Assembly (NCBI GenBank): GCA_001000545.1
Contig: LCOC01000005.1
Location: forward strand, 10,013-74,012
DNA: 64,000 nt
Direction of reading: 5' to 3'
From: Parcubacteria group bacterium GW2011_GWA2_47_21
GTDB taxonomy: Bacteria; Patescibacteriota; Minisyncoccia; Phycocordibacterales; DSPV01
Shown here piece by piece: positions 47,897 through 57,416 of the stretch; position 1 is the stretch's first letter; every line of letters begins with the position of its first letter. The notes below the pieces were generated by a model. That model made no database searches. It was given only the letters and a program-made list of their open reading frames with translations, and was not told the origin of the DNA. A program made the translations under genes and the position numbers.

Positions 47897-49282
47897 ATGG
47901 TGATTTTAGGCGTTGAAACGAGTTGTGACGAAACGGCTCTGGCTTTAATAGAAGCCGAGGACGATTCGGTGCGGGTCCTGGCAGACATCACGCATTCGCA
48001 AGCGGCGCTTCACGCAAAATACGGTGGCGTGTTTCCTAATCTTGCCAAACGGGAACACAGCCGAAACCTGATTCCATTGCTGAAAAATCTCTTAGCGGAA
48101 TCAGGTTTCGGAAATCCCAAATCACAAGCGCCCCGCCTGCCAATCGGCGGGCAGGCAAATTCCCTGCCTGCGCCGAATCGGCTTCGGCAGGCAGGCAAAC
48201 AAATCCAAAGTGTTAAATCCAAAACACTAAACGCTAAACGCTCTACGCTAAACGCTATCTTCGAGCGGGAGCCGGAGTTGTGGGAACAATTTGAGAGGTT
48301 TATCCCGACAATTGAAAAGCCGCCGATTGATGCGATTGCAGTAACCTACGGACCCGGGCTTGAGCCGGCGCTGTGGGTCGGCATTAATTTCGCGAAAGCG
48401 CTCGGAGTGATTTGGAACATCCCGGTGATTCCAACGAATCATATGGAAGGGCACATCGTTTCCGCGCTGTTGCGCAGAAACGCAAACTCTAAATCCGAAA
48501 CTCTAAATTCCCTGCCTGCGCCGAATCGGCTTCGGCAGGCAGGCAAACAAATCCTAAATTCAAAATCTCAAATACTAAATGCTACACGCTATACACTACA
48601 CGCCATACGCTTTCCTGCTATTGCTTTACTCATCTCCGGCGGGCATACAGAGTTGGTGCTGGTTAAAAAGCTGGGACAATACGAAATTATTGGCGAGACG
48701 AAAGATGATGCGGTCGGCGAGGCGTTTGATAAAGTGGCGCGCATCCTTGGACTTCCCTATCCTGGAGGACCGGAAATCTCCGCGCTGGCAGAGCGGGCGC
48801 GGCAAGCAAAACAAGGTTCGACCTTGGAGTCGGGAAAAAGGTCGAACCTTGTTTTGCCAAGACCCATGCTCCATTCGGGCGACTACCACTTTTCTTTTTC
48901 CGGTTTAAAAACTGCGGTGCTGTACACGGTAAAAAAGATTCCGAGGGTCACGGCCGCAATCAAACAAGCGCTCGCGAAAGAGTTTGAAGATTCCGTCACG
49001 GAAGTGCTCATTTCCAAAACAACCAAAGCCATCAAAGAATACGAAGCAAAGACCTTAATCATCGCCGGCGGGGTAATCGCCAACAAACACATCCGCTCCG
49101 CCTTTGAGGAACTTCGCGCATCTGCCTTCCCTTCCCTTGAGCTCCTCATCCCCGAAATCCCCCATTCCACCGACAACGCACTCATGATCGCCGTTGCGGG
49201 GTATCTCAACCTAAAATCCGGCCGCCGACCAGCAAAGGGAAACGAGTTTATAATCATCGCCTCCGGCCGCGTTCGACTGTAA
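47897..49282 (+). CDS. tsaD: tRNA t6A threonylcarbamoyltransferase TsaD with repeat-derived insertions
   Basis: GVETSCDET, HMEGH, SGGHT, GEAFDK, FSFSGLKT and TDNA. Confidence 0.96.
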   Translation: MVILGVETSCDETALALIEAEDDSVRVLADITHSQAALHAKYGGVFPNLAKREHSRNLIPLLKNLLAESGFGNPKSQAPRLPIGGQANSLPAPNRLRQAGKQIQSVKSKTLNAKRSTLNAIFEREPELWEQFERFIPTIEKPPIDAIAVTYGPGLEPALWVGINFAKALGVIWNIPVIPTNHMEGHIVSALLRRNANSKSETLNSLPAPNRLRQAGKQILNSKSQILNATRYTLHAIRFPAIALLISGGHTELVLVKKLGQYEIIGETKDDAVGEAFDKVARILGLPYPGGPEISALAERARQAKQGSTLESGKRSNLVLPRPMLHSGDYHFSFSGLKTAVLYTVKKIPRVTAAIKQALAKEFEDSVTEVLISKTTKAIKEYEAKTLIIAGGVIANKHIRSAFEELRASAFPSLELLIPEIPHSTDNALMIAVAGYLNLKSGRRPAKGNEFIIIASGRVRL

Positions 49283-49422
49283 GCTGAGTAGAAACCACCT
49301 CAAGAATAAAAACAAACGGTTGAGATGTAGACATCAGATGTCTACAGCGTGTTAAAGTTCCTAAAATGGCAGAAAGTGGAAACCTTTTGGGGAAAAACCT
49401 TATTTCTGATACTATTTCTTGA

Positions 49423-51597
49423 ATGGCACTACCGGAAAAATTTTTAAAACCCTACAACCACACCGAGACGGAGGCGCGGATTTACAAACTCTGGGAAGAG
49501 GGCGGCTTTTTCCAGCCCGAGGCTGGTCGGCCTTGGGCCGATAACCCTGACTCTCCCTCTACCAACCACAAACTATCAACTAACAACTTCTGCATCATTA
49601 TGCCTCCCCCGAACGCCAACGGCCACCTTCACGCCGGCCACGCGCTTTTTATCACCCTTGAAGACATTATGACCCGCTATAAACGAATGCGGGGTTTTAA
49701 GACACTCTGGCTTCCCGGCGCCGACCACGCCGGTTTTGAGACCCAAATCGTCTACGAGAAAAAACTGGAAAAGGAGGGGCGCTCTCGTTTCAAAATGGCG
49801 CCTAAAGAGCTTTTTGACGAAATAATGGCTTTTACGCTAGAAAATAAAAAGTTCATGGAAGCGGAAGTCCGAGCGCTCGGCGCTTCATGCGACTGGACGA
49901 GAGAACGTTTTACGCTTGACCCCGATATCATCAAAAAAGTCCAACAAACATTCAAGAAAATGTATGACGACGGCCTTATCTATCGCGGACCGAGAATCGT
50001 CAACTGGTGTTCCAAACATCTGACTTCCCTTTCCGATGTGGAAACGGAAAACCGCGAAGTGAAAGACAAATTTTATTATTTCCAATACGGCCCGTTCGTT
50101 ATCGGCACATCAAGGCCGGAAACCAAGTTTGGCGACAAATATGTGGTCATGCACCCCAAGGACAAACGCTATGACAAATACAAAGACGGGGAGAAAATGG
50201 AACTGGAATGGATTAACGGAAAAATCACCGCCACCGTCATTAAAGACGAAGCGGTTGATATGGAATTCGGCACCGGCGTCATGACCATCACCCCGTGGCA
50301 CGACGCGGCGGACTTTGAAATCGCCAAGCGCCACAACCTTGACCAAGAACAAATCATTGATTGGCGCGGGAAACTTCTGCCCATCGCCGGAGAATTTGCG
50401 GGAATGAAAATCGCCGAAGCCCGCCCCAAAATCGTGGAAAAACTCAAAGCCAAAGGCCTCTTGGTCAAAGTGGAAGAAAATTACGTCCATAATGTGCCAA
50501 TCTGCTATAAATGCGAAACGCCAATTGAGCCGCAAATTATGCCGCAATGGTTCGTCAAAATGGCGCCCTTAGCGAAGCTCGCCACGGACGCGGTGGAAGC
50601 GGGAAAAATAAAATTTATGCCCGACAACTACCGAAAAATTTTCCTCTACTGGATGAAAAACGCGCTGGACTGGAACATTTCCCGCCAAATCGTCTGGGGT
50701 ATTCCGATTCCGGCAAAAATCTGCGACAACTGCGGCGAAGGAACGCCGGACTTGGACAACGAGGTGAGAGAATGTCCGAAGTGCAAAGGCGTTATCCGCG
50801 CCGATACTGACACCTTTGACACTTGGTTCTCTTCCGGCCAGTGGCCGCTTCTCACTTTGAATTTCCCAGACGGCGAGGACTTCAAGGCCTTCTATCCGAC
50901 CGATGTGATGGAAACCGGCTCCGACCTAATTTTCAAGTGGGTGCCGAGAATGGTGATTTTCGGCCTATACCTAGCGGACGAGGTGCCCTTTAGGACCGTC
51001 TACCTCCACGGTTTGGTCAACGACGCTAAGGGGCAAAAGATGTCCAAAAGCAAGGGCAACATTATCAATCCTTTAGAACTCACGGCGAAATACGGCACTG
51101 ACGCTTTGCGCATCGCTCTCATTATCGGCAATACGCCGGGTACCGCTCTGTCACTTTCGGAGAATCGCATCAGGGGTTACAAACATTTTGCCAATAAACT
51201 CTGGAACATTACCCGTTTTGCTCTGGAAAATATTCCGGAAGACATCCTTGACAAAGAACCAAAGCTCTCCGAGACGGACGAAATCCACCTTAAAAATTTT
51301 GAGGCCTTAACGCGCGAAGTGACCGAGGATATGGAACAGTTTCGTTTTTATCTCGCCGCCGAAAAACTCTATCACTATGTCTGGCACGAATTTGCTGATA
51401 AAATAATTGAGGAGAAAAAAAATAATCTAAACGGCGACGATACTCCGGCGAAAAAATCAGCCGAACGACTCCTGCAACATATCCTGAAAAATTCGCTCGT
51501 CATGCTCCACCCCTTCATTCCTTTCGTTACTGAAGAAATTTGGTCGCACCTGAAGAAAAAGGAGATGCTTATGGTAGAAAGATGGCCTGTTGAATAG
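49423..51597 (+). CDS. valS: Valyl-tRNA synthetase (compact, no C-terminal coiled coil)
   Basis: PPPNANGHLHAGH, DWNISRQ, DTWFSS and KMSKS. Confidence 0.96.
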   Translation: MALPEKFLKPYNHTETEARIYKLWEEGGFFQPEAGRPWADNPDSPSTNHKLSTNNFCIIMPPPNANGHLHAGHALFITLEDIMTRYKRMRGFKTLWLPGADHAGFETQIVYEKKLEKEGRSRFKMAPKELFDEIMAFTLENKKFMEAEVRALGASCDWTRERFTLDPDIIKKVQQTFKKMYDDGLIYRGPRIVNWCSKHLTSLSDVETENREVKDKFYYFQYGPFVIGTSRPETKFGDKYVVMHPKDKRYDKYKDGEKMELEWINGKITATVIKDEAVDMEFGTGVMTITPWHDAADFEIAKRHNLDQEQIIDWRGKLLPIAGEFAGMKIAEARPKIVEKLKAKGLLVKVEENYVHNVPICYKCETPIEPQIMPQWFVKMAPLAKLATDAVEAGKIKFMPDNYRKIFLYWMKNALDWNISRQIVWGIPIPAKICDNCGEGTPDLDNEVRECPKCKGVIRADTDTFDTWFSSGQWPLLTLNFPDGEDFKAFYPTDVMETGSDLIFKWVPRMVIFGLYLADEVPFRTVYLHGLVNDAKGQKMSKSKGNIINPLELTAKYGTDALRIALIIGNTPGTALSLSENRIRGYKHFANKLWNITRFALENIPEDILDKEPKLSETDEIHLKNFEALTREVTEDMEQFRFYLAAEKLYHYVWHEFADKIIEEKKNNLNGDDTPAKKSAERLLQHILKNSLVMLHPFIPFVTEEIWSHLKKKEMLMVERWPVE

Positions 51598-51599
51598 AT

Positions 51600-51780
51600 T
51601 AAAGAAAAAAATTCCAAATAACAAATCCTAAACAAGATTAAAATCTGAATGTTCAAAATTACAAAAGTTTAGAAGTTTTGAATTTAGAATTTGTTTGTTA
51701 TTTGGAATTTGTGATTTGTAATTTTAACATTGGCGCTTTTTTAGAAATTAGGTCAATTAGAGCAATTAGAAATTTATTCT
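51600..51780. repeat. AT-rich degenerate heptamer tract in inverted arrangement
   Basis: aaattccaaataacaaatcctaaac...tttggaatttgtgatttgtaattt; similar tracts near 28650 and 63395 and inside lepA and tsaD. Confidence 0.6.
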
Positions 51781-51781
51781 G

Positions 51782-52507
51782 ATGTCTTTCCCAACCATTC
51801 TTTATGCCATTCTCGGCGGCCTTCTTCCCGCCCTCCTTTGGCTTTGGTTCTGGCGGCATGAAGACGGGCGCCATCCGGAGCCGAGACGGCTCATCGCTAT
51901 CGCTTTTCTCGCCGGCGTCCTGGCGGTGCCCTTTGCCATACCGCTGGAAAAATTCGTCTTGGAAGAAATCCTTGGTGGGCAAAATGTTGAACTCGCGGCG
52001 AAAGCATTGCCACTCGCCGCCCTCTTAGCCGTTCTCCTTTGGGCCATTATAGAAGAGCTCCTTAAATTCATCGCCGCCTATTTATCCGTCCTTACGAGAC
52101 CTTCGGTAGACGAACCGATTGACCCGGTGATTTATATGATAAGCGCGGGACTCGGCTTTGCCGCCGCCGAAAATATTATGTTTTTAATTGAACCGATTCT
52201 GGCTGGCGAGACCACGGTAAGCTTTATGACGGGAAATCTCCGATTTATGGGCGCCACGCTTCTCCACATCACCGCTTCGGCTATAATAGGAGCGGCTTTA
52301 GGATTTGGCTTCTATAAACAAAAGAAAATCCGCCGGCGGATTGCCGGCTTGGGAGTTATCCTCGCCATAACCTTGCATACGGTTTTCAACTTTCTTATAA
52401 TTATTGAAACCCCTGTCGGCATATTCGCGTCTTTCCTCTTGGTCTGGCTCGCCGTCATCGCCCTCATCGTCGCGTTGGAAAAAGTAAAACGAGTCCATCC
52501 GGCGTAA
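51782..52507 (+). CDS. PrsW-family intramembrane protease
   Basis: HPEP, IEELLK, GLGFAAAEN and two conserved His. Confidence 0.92.
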   Translation: MSFPTILYAILGGLLPALLWLWFWRHEDGRHPEPRRLIAIAFLAGVLAVPFAIPLEKFVLEEILGGQNVELAAKALPLAALLAVLLWAIIEELLKFIAAYLSVLTRPSVDEPIDPVIYMISAGLGFAAAENIMFLIEPILAGETTVSFMTGNLRFMGATLLHITASAIIGAALGFGFYKQKKIRRRIAGLGVILAITLHTVFNFLIIIETPVGIFASFLLVWLAVIALIVALEKVKRVHPA

Positions 52508-52583
52508 TCTTTAAAAAGTCGGCCGAAGAATCCACGCCCTCAAACTGTTTAATAAAAAATTATTAGATTTAAAAATATAAACT

Positions 52584-53039
52584 ATGGCAAAAGACAAGCG
52601 GTCATTTTTTGAACGGCTAACCGGCGCCGGCGCCGAGGAGCTTGAAGATGAAAAAGAATTATCGGTTTCCCAAAATCTATCCCCTCTGTCCGATTCGGAC
52701 GACGAGGCCGGCGAGCTGGCCGTTGATGTGTATCAGACGGCCGACAATATCATCATCAAAGCGATGGTCGCGGGCATTAAGCCGGACGATTTGGACATCG
52801 CCATCACGCGCGATATGGTAACCATCAAAGGAACGCGCGAATCCGACCGCGAGGCCAACGATGAAAATTTCTTTTTCAAAGAGCTTTACTGGGGCTCGTT
52901 CTCCCGCACGATTCTCCTGCCCCAAGAAGTGGAGGTGGAGGAAGCCGAGGCCTCGGAGAAAAACGGCTTGCTAACCATTAAATTGCCGAAAGTAGACAAG
53001 GGACGCCAAACCAAACTCAAGGTCCGCTCGTCAAGCTAA
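52584..53039 (+). CDS. Small heat-shock protein Hsp20
   Basis: VDVYQT, WGSFSRTILLP and NGLLTIKLPK. Confidence 0.95.
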   Translation: MAKDKRSFFERLTGAGAEELEDEKELSVSQNLSPLSDSDDEAGELAVDVYQTADNIIIKAMVAGIKPDDLDIAITRDMVTIKGTRESDREANDENFFFKELYWGSFSRTILLPQEVEVEEAEASEKNGLLTIKLPKVDKGRQTKLKVRSSS

Positions 53040-53043
53040 TTCA

Positions 53044-53075
53044 TCAAAAAATCACGCTAGCGCGTGATTTTTTGA
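53044..53075. terminator. Bidirectional terminator
   Basis: tcaaaaaatcacgc-ta-gcgcgtgattttttga between convergent hsp20 and tRNA-Phe. Confidence 0.75.
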
Positions 53076-53081
53076 TAACGG

Positions 53082-53154
53082 TGCCGAGACCCAGGTTTGC
53101 ACTGGGGACCCTTCGCTCTTCAGGCGAATGCTCTACTAACTGAGCTATCTCGGC
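53082..53154 (-). tRNA. tRNA-Phe(GAA)
   Basis: Anticodon arm TTCGC-CTGAAGA-GCGAA; atypical T-loop TGCAAAC. Confidence 0.93.
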
Positions 53155-53225
53155 GTGTATTATTTAACTCTGCCAAACTATTAGTTTAATTTAACGCCTT
53201 TACTGAATACAATCAAGAGACGGGG

Positions 53226-53492
53226 TTATTCCGCTAACTGTTTTAAGGAATCGCCGACATTCCGCACGCTTTCCACACTTTGCCTGACTGTCCCTATGGA
53301 GCCGGTAATCGCTTCCAAATACGGCTGAATGAGCCAATACGCGCCGAAAGCAGTGCCGAGAATGAGAACCCAGTAAGTTATCTTAATCGCTCTCCCCCAT
53401 TTGTGGCTCCTGTAAAATTTTTTGATAATCTCATTGTTCTCTGCCGCCAGCCGATGGGTTTCCTCCAGTAATTCTTTTTCTTCTTCGTTCAT
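53226..53492 (-). CDS. Small single-TM hypothetical protein
   Basis: 88 aa with a central TM segment. Confidence 0.8.
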   Translation of the reverse strand: MNEEEKELLEETHRLAAENNEIIKKFYRSHKWGRAIKITYWVLILGTAFGAYWLIQPYLEAITGSIGTVRQSVESVRNVGDSLKQLAE

Positions 53493-53555
53493 AAAATTAA
53501 AATAAAAATGTTAGCTGTAAATCCCAAAAAGAACTTGGAACTATTTTATCACAAA

Positions 53556-53627
53556 TGCCACCGACAGGAATCGAACCTGTATCTAGACGTTAGGAGTGTC
53601 TTGTTCTATCCATTGAACTACGGCGGC
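53556..53627 (-). tRNA. tRNA-Arg(CCT)
   Basis: Anticodon loop CTCCTAA and GGTTCGATTCC T-arm. Confidence 0.93.
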
Positions 53628-53736
53628 AACGGATTAAATCTACGCTCTACAACTTACCACCGACGACATCCAAAAACAAACCGGGCTAATCTGCTATTTT
53701 AGCGAACTTGAGTTGTCAGTGGTTAATTGTAAGCGG

Positions 53737-53973
53737 TCAGTTAATTCCTAATGCTGCCGCGATTTTGGGTTGGTTGTAACCCACAATAAGTTCATCGTCT
53801 ATTGTAATCACCGGCACGCCCATCTGGCCGCTTTTGTCCATCATTTCTCTGCGTTTCTCCAAATCACTGGCTACATTATGTTCGGTATAAGAAATATTGT
53901 GGGCGTTAAAGAGGTCCTTGGCGGCGTTGCAATAAACACAGGTTGGGGTTGAATAGATGACAACTTTTTTCAT
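53737..53973 (-). CDS. Glutaredoxin / NrdH-like redoxin
   Basis: YSTPTCVYC and SGQMGVPV. Confidence 0.93.
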   Translation of the reverse strand: MKKVVIYSTPTCVYCNAAKDLFNAHNISYTEHNVASDLEKRREMMDKSGQMGVPVITIDDELIVGYNQPKIAAALGIN

Positions 53974-54093
53974 TTTTTTCTCAAGTTAAACGGATAAGGA
54001 AAGTCATTATATCAACCGAAGCCGTCTTTGCGCAAAAAATTCAATCGTTAACCAAAGAAAAAAACCATCCGTCAATATGTTCATCCGAGCGAA

Positions 54094-54291
54094 CTCATTA
54101 TTTCCTAGCGAGAATCGGCTACTACATAGCCAGATGGTTTTCGTTATCGCCGCGAGCGAATATAGGTCCCCACGGCAGACCTGCCTGCCCTGTCTGCGTC
54201 TGGACGCACAGGCGGGCAGGAACCACGCGGTCTTGACCTAATTTGCGTTACTCGCTTAACTCGCAAAATACATACGCCTCGCTCATTATTT
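54094..54291 (-). other. tRNA-3'-associated structured element (Gly copy)
   Basis: Ends in GGCTATGTAGTAGCC followed by GATTCTCGCTA..AAATAATGAG, repeating the tRNA 3' end; contains a nested palindrome at 54180-54220. Confidence 0.65.
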
Positions 54292-54362
54292 TGCGGGTAG
54301 CGAGAATCGAACTCGCGTCTCAACCTTGGGAAGGTCGCATTCTGCCACTAAACCATACCCGC
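54292..54362 (-). tRNA. tRNA-Gly(CCC)
   Basis: Acceptor GCGGGTA/TACCCGC and anticodon loop TTCCCAA. Confidence 0.95.
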
Positions 54363-54369
54363 TTAAAAA

Positions 54370-54750
54370 TCAGATTCCTAAAATTTTTTTAAATTTATCC
54401 CATAAATTTTCACTTTCTCCTTTGCCATATAAAGACCCGCCATCATCGTCGTTCACAATAACCACAGTTCGCTCGCCCTCTTTCTCCATTCCGAATTTCC
54501 CTCTGATTTCCTCTTCAACGCCGGCGGGCGTTTGAAGCCGGCCGAGCGCCGCTTGAATAAAATCCCTTCTCGCCGATAGCGCGTCGCGCCTAGAAGCTAC
54601 GCCTTGGAGAAGCGCTTTGCTCTCCGCGCTCTTTTGATAAGCGCTATACGCTGTTTGGACCAAAAAAACGGCGACGATAATCGCGAGAATTATGAATACT
54701 GGCGAGTGGCTTATTTTCTTAAAATTGTTTTTCTTTTCAAATAAACGCAT
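54370..54750 (-). CDS. Septum formation initiator (FtsB/DivIC-like)
   Basis: TM segment, coiled coil and VEEEIRGKFGMEKEGE. Confidence 0.8.
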   Translation of the reverse strand: MRLFEKKNNFKKISHSPVFIILAIIVAVFLVQTAYSAYQKSAESKALLQGVASRRDALSARRDFIQAALGRLQTPAGVEEEIRGKFGMEKEGERTVVIVNDDDGGSLYGKGESENLWDKFKKILGI

Positions 54751-54791
54751 AAATGTTGCAAGTTACACGGTATATAGTACATAATATTCTC

Positions 54792-54902
54792 ATGTTTTTC
54801 CAAAATAAACATCGCAAAAAAATAAATGCCATCTGGGCGGTGCTTTGCGTGCTCATAATCATCAGCATGATACTTCTTTACACGCCGATATTGTTTTACT
54901 AA
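54792..54902 (+). CDS. 36-aa membrane peptide MFFQNKHRKKINAIWAVLCVLIIISMILLYTPILFY
   Basis: Basic N-terminus plus one TM; CATAAT -10 box just upstream; below the ORF-track cutoff. Confidence 0.6.
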   Translation: MFFQNKHRKKINAIWAVLCVLIIISMILLYTPILFY

Positions 54903-54997
54903 AATATATACTTGAGACAGGACTCCTTATTCTAAATAACAAGTAAATACTATTCGTAGTTATTGGTAGATTGGTATCATTCGTATATTGGTATTTT

Positions 54998-56890
54998 TTA
55001 TTGTCTCATCATCTTCACAAACACCTCCTCCGGAATATTGACCTTGCCTCGCTCTTTGAGCCGTTTCTTGCCTTCCTTTTGTTTCTCCCACAGTTTTCTT
55101 TTTCGCGTGATATCGCCGCCGTATAAATAGCCGGTAACATCTTTTCGGAGCGCTGAAAGGGTGCGGGAAGAAATAATGCGGCCCAAGGCCTTGGCTTGAA
55201 TTTTTGTTGCAAACATTTGGCGAGGCAGAATTTTGTGAAGTTTTTCAACGCTGGCTTCGGCTTCGGTTTCAAGGCGTCGCCGCGATACGATGCGGGCAAA
55301 AGCCGGCACCGATTCCCCAGCCACCAGAATTTCCATCTTTACCACATCGGCCATTTCTTCTCCTTGGATTTTATAAGAAAGGGAGCCGTAACCGGAGGTG
55401 GCACTTTTGAGCTCGTCAAAAAAATTCCGCATCAGTTCCCTAAGAGGCATTCTGGCTTCCACCTCGGTCCGGTTGTCGCTTAAATTTTCCGTGACGCCAA
55501 CCACCGCTTCGTGTTCGTAAAAAAGCTGCATCACATTGCCCAGATAATCCGCCGGCGCGATTATTTGGACGGCGGCCCACGGCTCCCGAACTGACACCAC
55601 CTCGCCGTGGTCGGGAAAATGAATCGGCGAGTAAGCGATTTTCTGCCGGCCGGCGCGGTCGGTTACCTCGTAACTGATTGAGGGCGTGGTAACAATTATT
55701 TTCAGACCAAATTCCCGCCGAAGCCGTTCGGTAATAATTTCCAAGTGAAGCATCCCGAGAAAACCGACCCGAAATCCCCGCCCCAAGACGCCGGAGGACT
55801 CTTCCTCATAAGCGAACGATGAATCGGAAAGCCGAAGGCGCGCCAAGGCCTGACGCAAAGCATTAAAGTCATCCTGACTTTCCGGATAGACGGACGCCCA
55901 GACCACCGGAGCGGGTTTGCCGTAACCGGGGAGCGCTAAGGCCGGGTTTTTATCGGAAGTAACCGTGTCGCCAACCGTCGCAATACCCGGCTCTTTTATG
56001 CCCGTTATAATGTAGCCGATTTCGCCAGCCGAGAGGGTTTCTGTCGGCATTTCTTTTGGCGAGAAAACCCCAAGATCAATCGGGATAAAGCGGGCTTTGC
56101 CGGCAATGAGGCGAAGCGCGTCTCTCTTATTCACTTCGCCCGCCATTACCCTAAGATAAAGAATTACGCCGGTGTGATTAGAGTATTGGAAATCAAAAAT
56201 GAGGGCCTGGAAGTTTTCTCCTGTTTGTTTCGGCGGCGGCACTTTCCCAATGATTTCTTCAAGAAGTTCAGGAACGCCTTGGCCGGTTCTACCCGATACT
56301 TCCATTATCTCGCCTTCCGCTACGTGGAGAAGTTTTGCCATATCGGCCTTAACATCGACCACTCTTGCCAAAGGCGAATCAATTTTATTTACCGCCGGAA
56401 TAATGGCTAGGCCCTGTTCCCTGGCCATCTGAAGCACTGAAAGCGTCTGTGCCTGCACACCCTGCGTCGCGTCTACCAGTAAAATCGCGCCCTCCACGGC
56501 CTTAAGCGCGCGTGACACCTCATACGAGAAATCAATGTGACCCGGCGTGTCTATCAAATTCAGAATGAATTCTGAACCTGCAAACCCTAAACTCGAAACC
56601 CTAATCTCTAAACTTTTTGGGAAATTTGGATTTGAATATTGGGATTTGTTTAGAATTTTGGATTTAGAACTTAAATTTTCCGCATGATTCCCTTTGTAAA
56701 TCATGCGGACGGGTTTCATCTTTATGGTGATTCCCCTTTCCCGTTCGAGCTCCATGGAATCAAGCACTTGGTCTTGCATCTTTCTTTTTTCAATCGTGCC
56801 AGTCAGCTCCAAAAAACGGTCCGCAAGCGTGGACTTGCCGTGGTCTATATGCGCTATGACGCAAAAGTTGCGGATGTTTTCCAGACCCAT
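54998..56890 (-). CDS. lepA: Elongation factor 4 (LepA) with G-domain insertion
   Basis: AHIDHGKSTLADR, DTPGHIDF, GFLGMLHLEI and LYGGDITRK. Confidence 0.97.
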   Translation of the reverse strand: MGLENIRNFCVIAHIDHGKSTLADRFLELTGTIEKRKMQDQVLDSMELERERGITIKMKPVRMIYKGNHAENLSSKSKILNKSQYSNPNFPKSLEIRVSSLGFAGSEFILNLIDTPGHIDFSYEVSRALKAVEGAILLVDATQGVQAQTLSVLQMAREQGLAIIPAVNKIDSPLARVVDVKADMAKLLHVAEGEIMEVSGRTGQGVPELLEEIIGKVPPPKQTGENFQALIFDFQYSNHTGVILYLRVMAGEVNKRDALRLIAGKARFIPIDLGVFSPKEMPTETLSAGEIGYIITGIKEPGIATVGDTVTSDKNPALALPGYGKPAPVVWASVYPESQDDFNALRQALARLRLSDSSFAYEEESSGVLGRGFRVGFLGMLHLEIITERLRREFGLKIIVTTPSISYEVTDRAGRQKIAYSPIHFPDHGEVVSVREPWAAVQIIAPADYLGNVMQLFYEHEAVVGVTENLSDNRTEVEARMPLRELMRNFFDELKSATSGYGSLSYKIQGEEMADVVKMEILVAGESVPAFARIVSRRRLETEAEASVEKLHKILPRQMFATKIQAKALGRIISSRTLSALRKDVTGYLYGGDITRKRKLWEKQKEGKKRLKERGKVNIPEEVFVKMMRQ

Positions 56891-56954
56891 CGGCTTATCC
56901 TAACAGAAATCCGCTCAACTGTTTAGCTTCCTTCATTTGTGGTATAGTATGGGC

Positions 56955-57416
56955 ATGGTAGAAATAGACAAAAACAAAATCGCGGAAATTATGGAGAAAC
57001 ACAGCATCATTGTTGGGTATGTTTTCGGTTCGGTTGCGCGTGGCACTTTGAGACCACATTCCGATATTGATGTGGCAGTGCTCTTTCCATACGACATGCC
57101 GAAAGAAAAACAAGGAATGTCCAGGGAAGAAATACGCGATGAAATCGCTAGTGTTTTTGGTGTTGAGAAAGTGGATGTTATTAACTTAAACCAACAGACA
57201 AATCCGGTACTGCGCTATGACGCCGTACTTGAAGGCAAAGCGGTTCTCGTTAAAGATGTTGCCGTCAAAGCGCAGCTTACTCGTGCGGTGCTTCGCGAAT
57301 ACGAAAACACCAGACATCTTCGGGAAACTTCCTATAAAATTTTGCGCCGGCAGATACGGTCTGGACAATTCGGCCGAGCGGCAATCAATTCTCAAAAATA
57401 TGTCTCCTTTAAATAA
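56955..57416 (+). CDS. MntA-like nucleotidyltransferase antitoxin
   Basis: FGSVARGTLRPHSDIDVAV; start at 56949 or 56955. Confidence 0.9.
   Translation: MVEIDKNKIAEIMEKHSIIVGYVFGSVARGTLRPHSDIDVAVLFPYDMPKEKQGMSREEIRDEIASVFGVEKVDVINLNQQTNPVLRYDAVLEGKAVLVKDVAVKAQLTRAVLREYENTRHLRETSYKILRRQIRSGQFGRAAINSQKYVSFK

Noticed and set aside
53082-53154. tRNA-Phe T-loop TGCAAAC as a sign of a pseudogene
   Set aside because: All stems pair correctly; treated as a functional variant.
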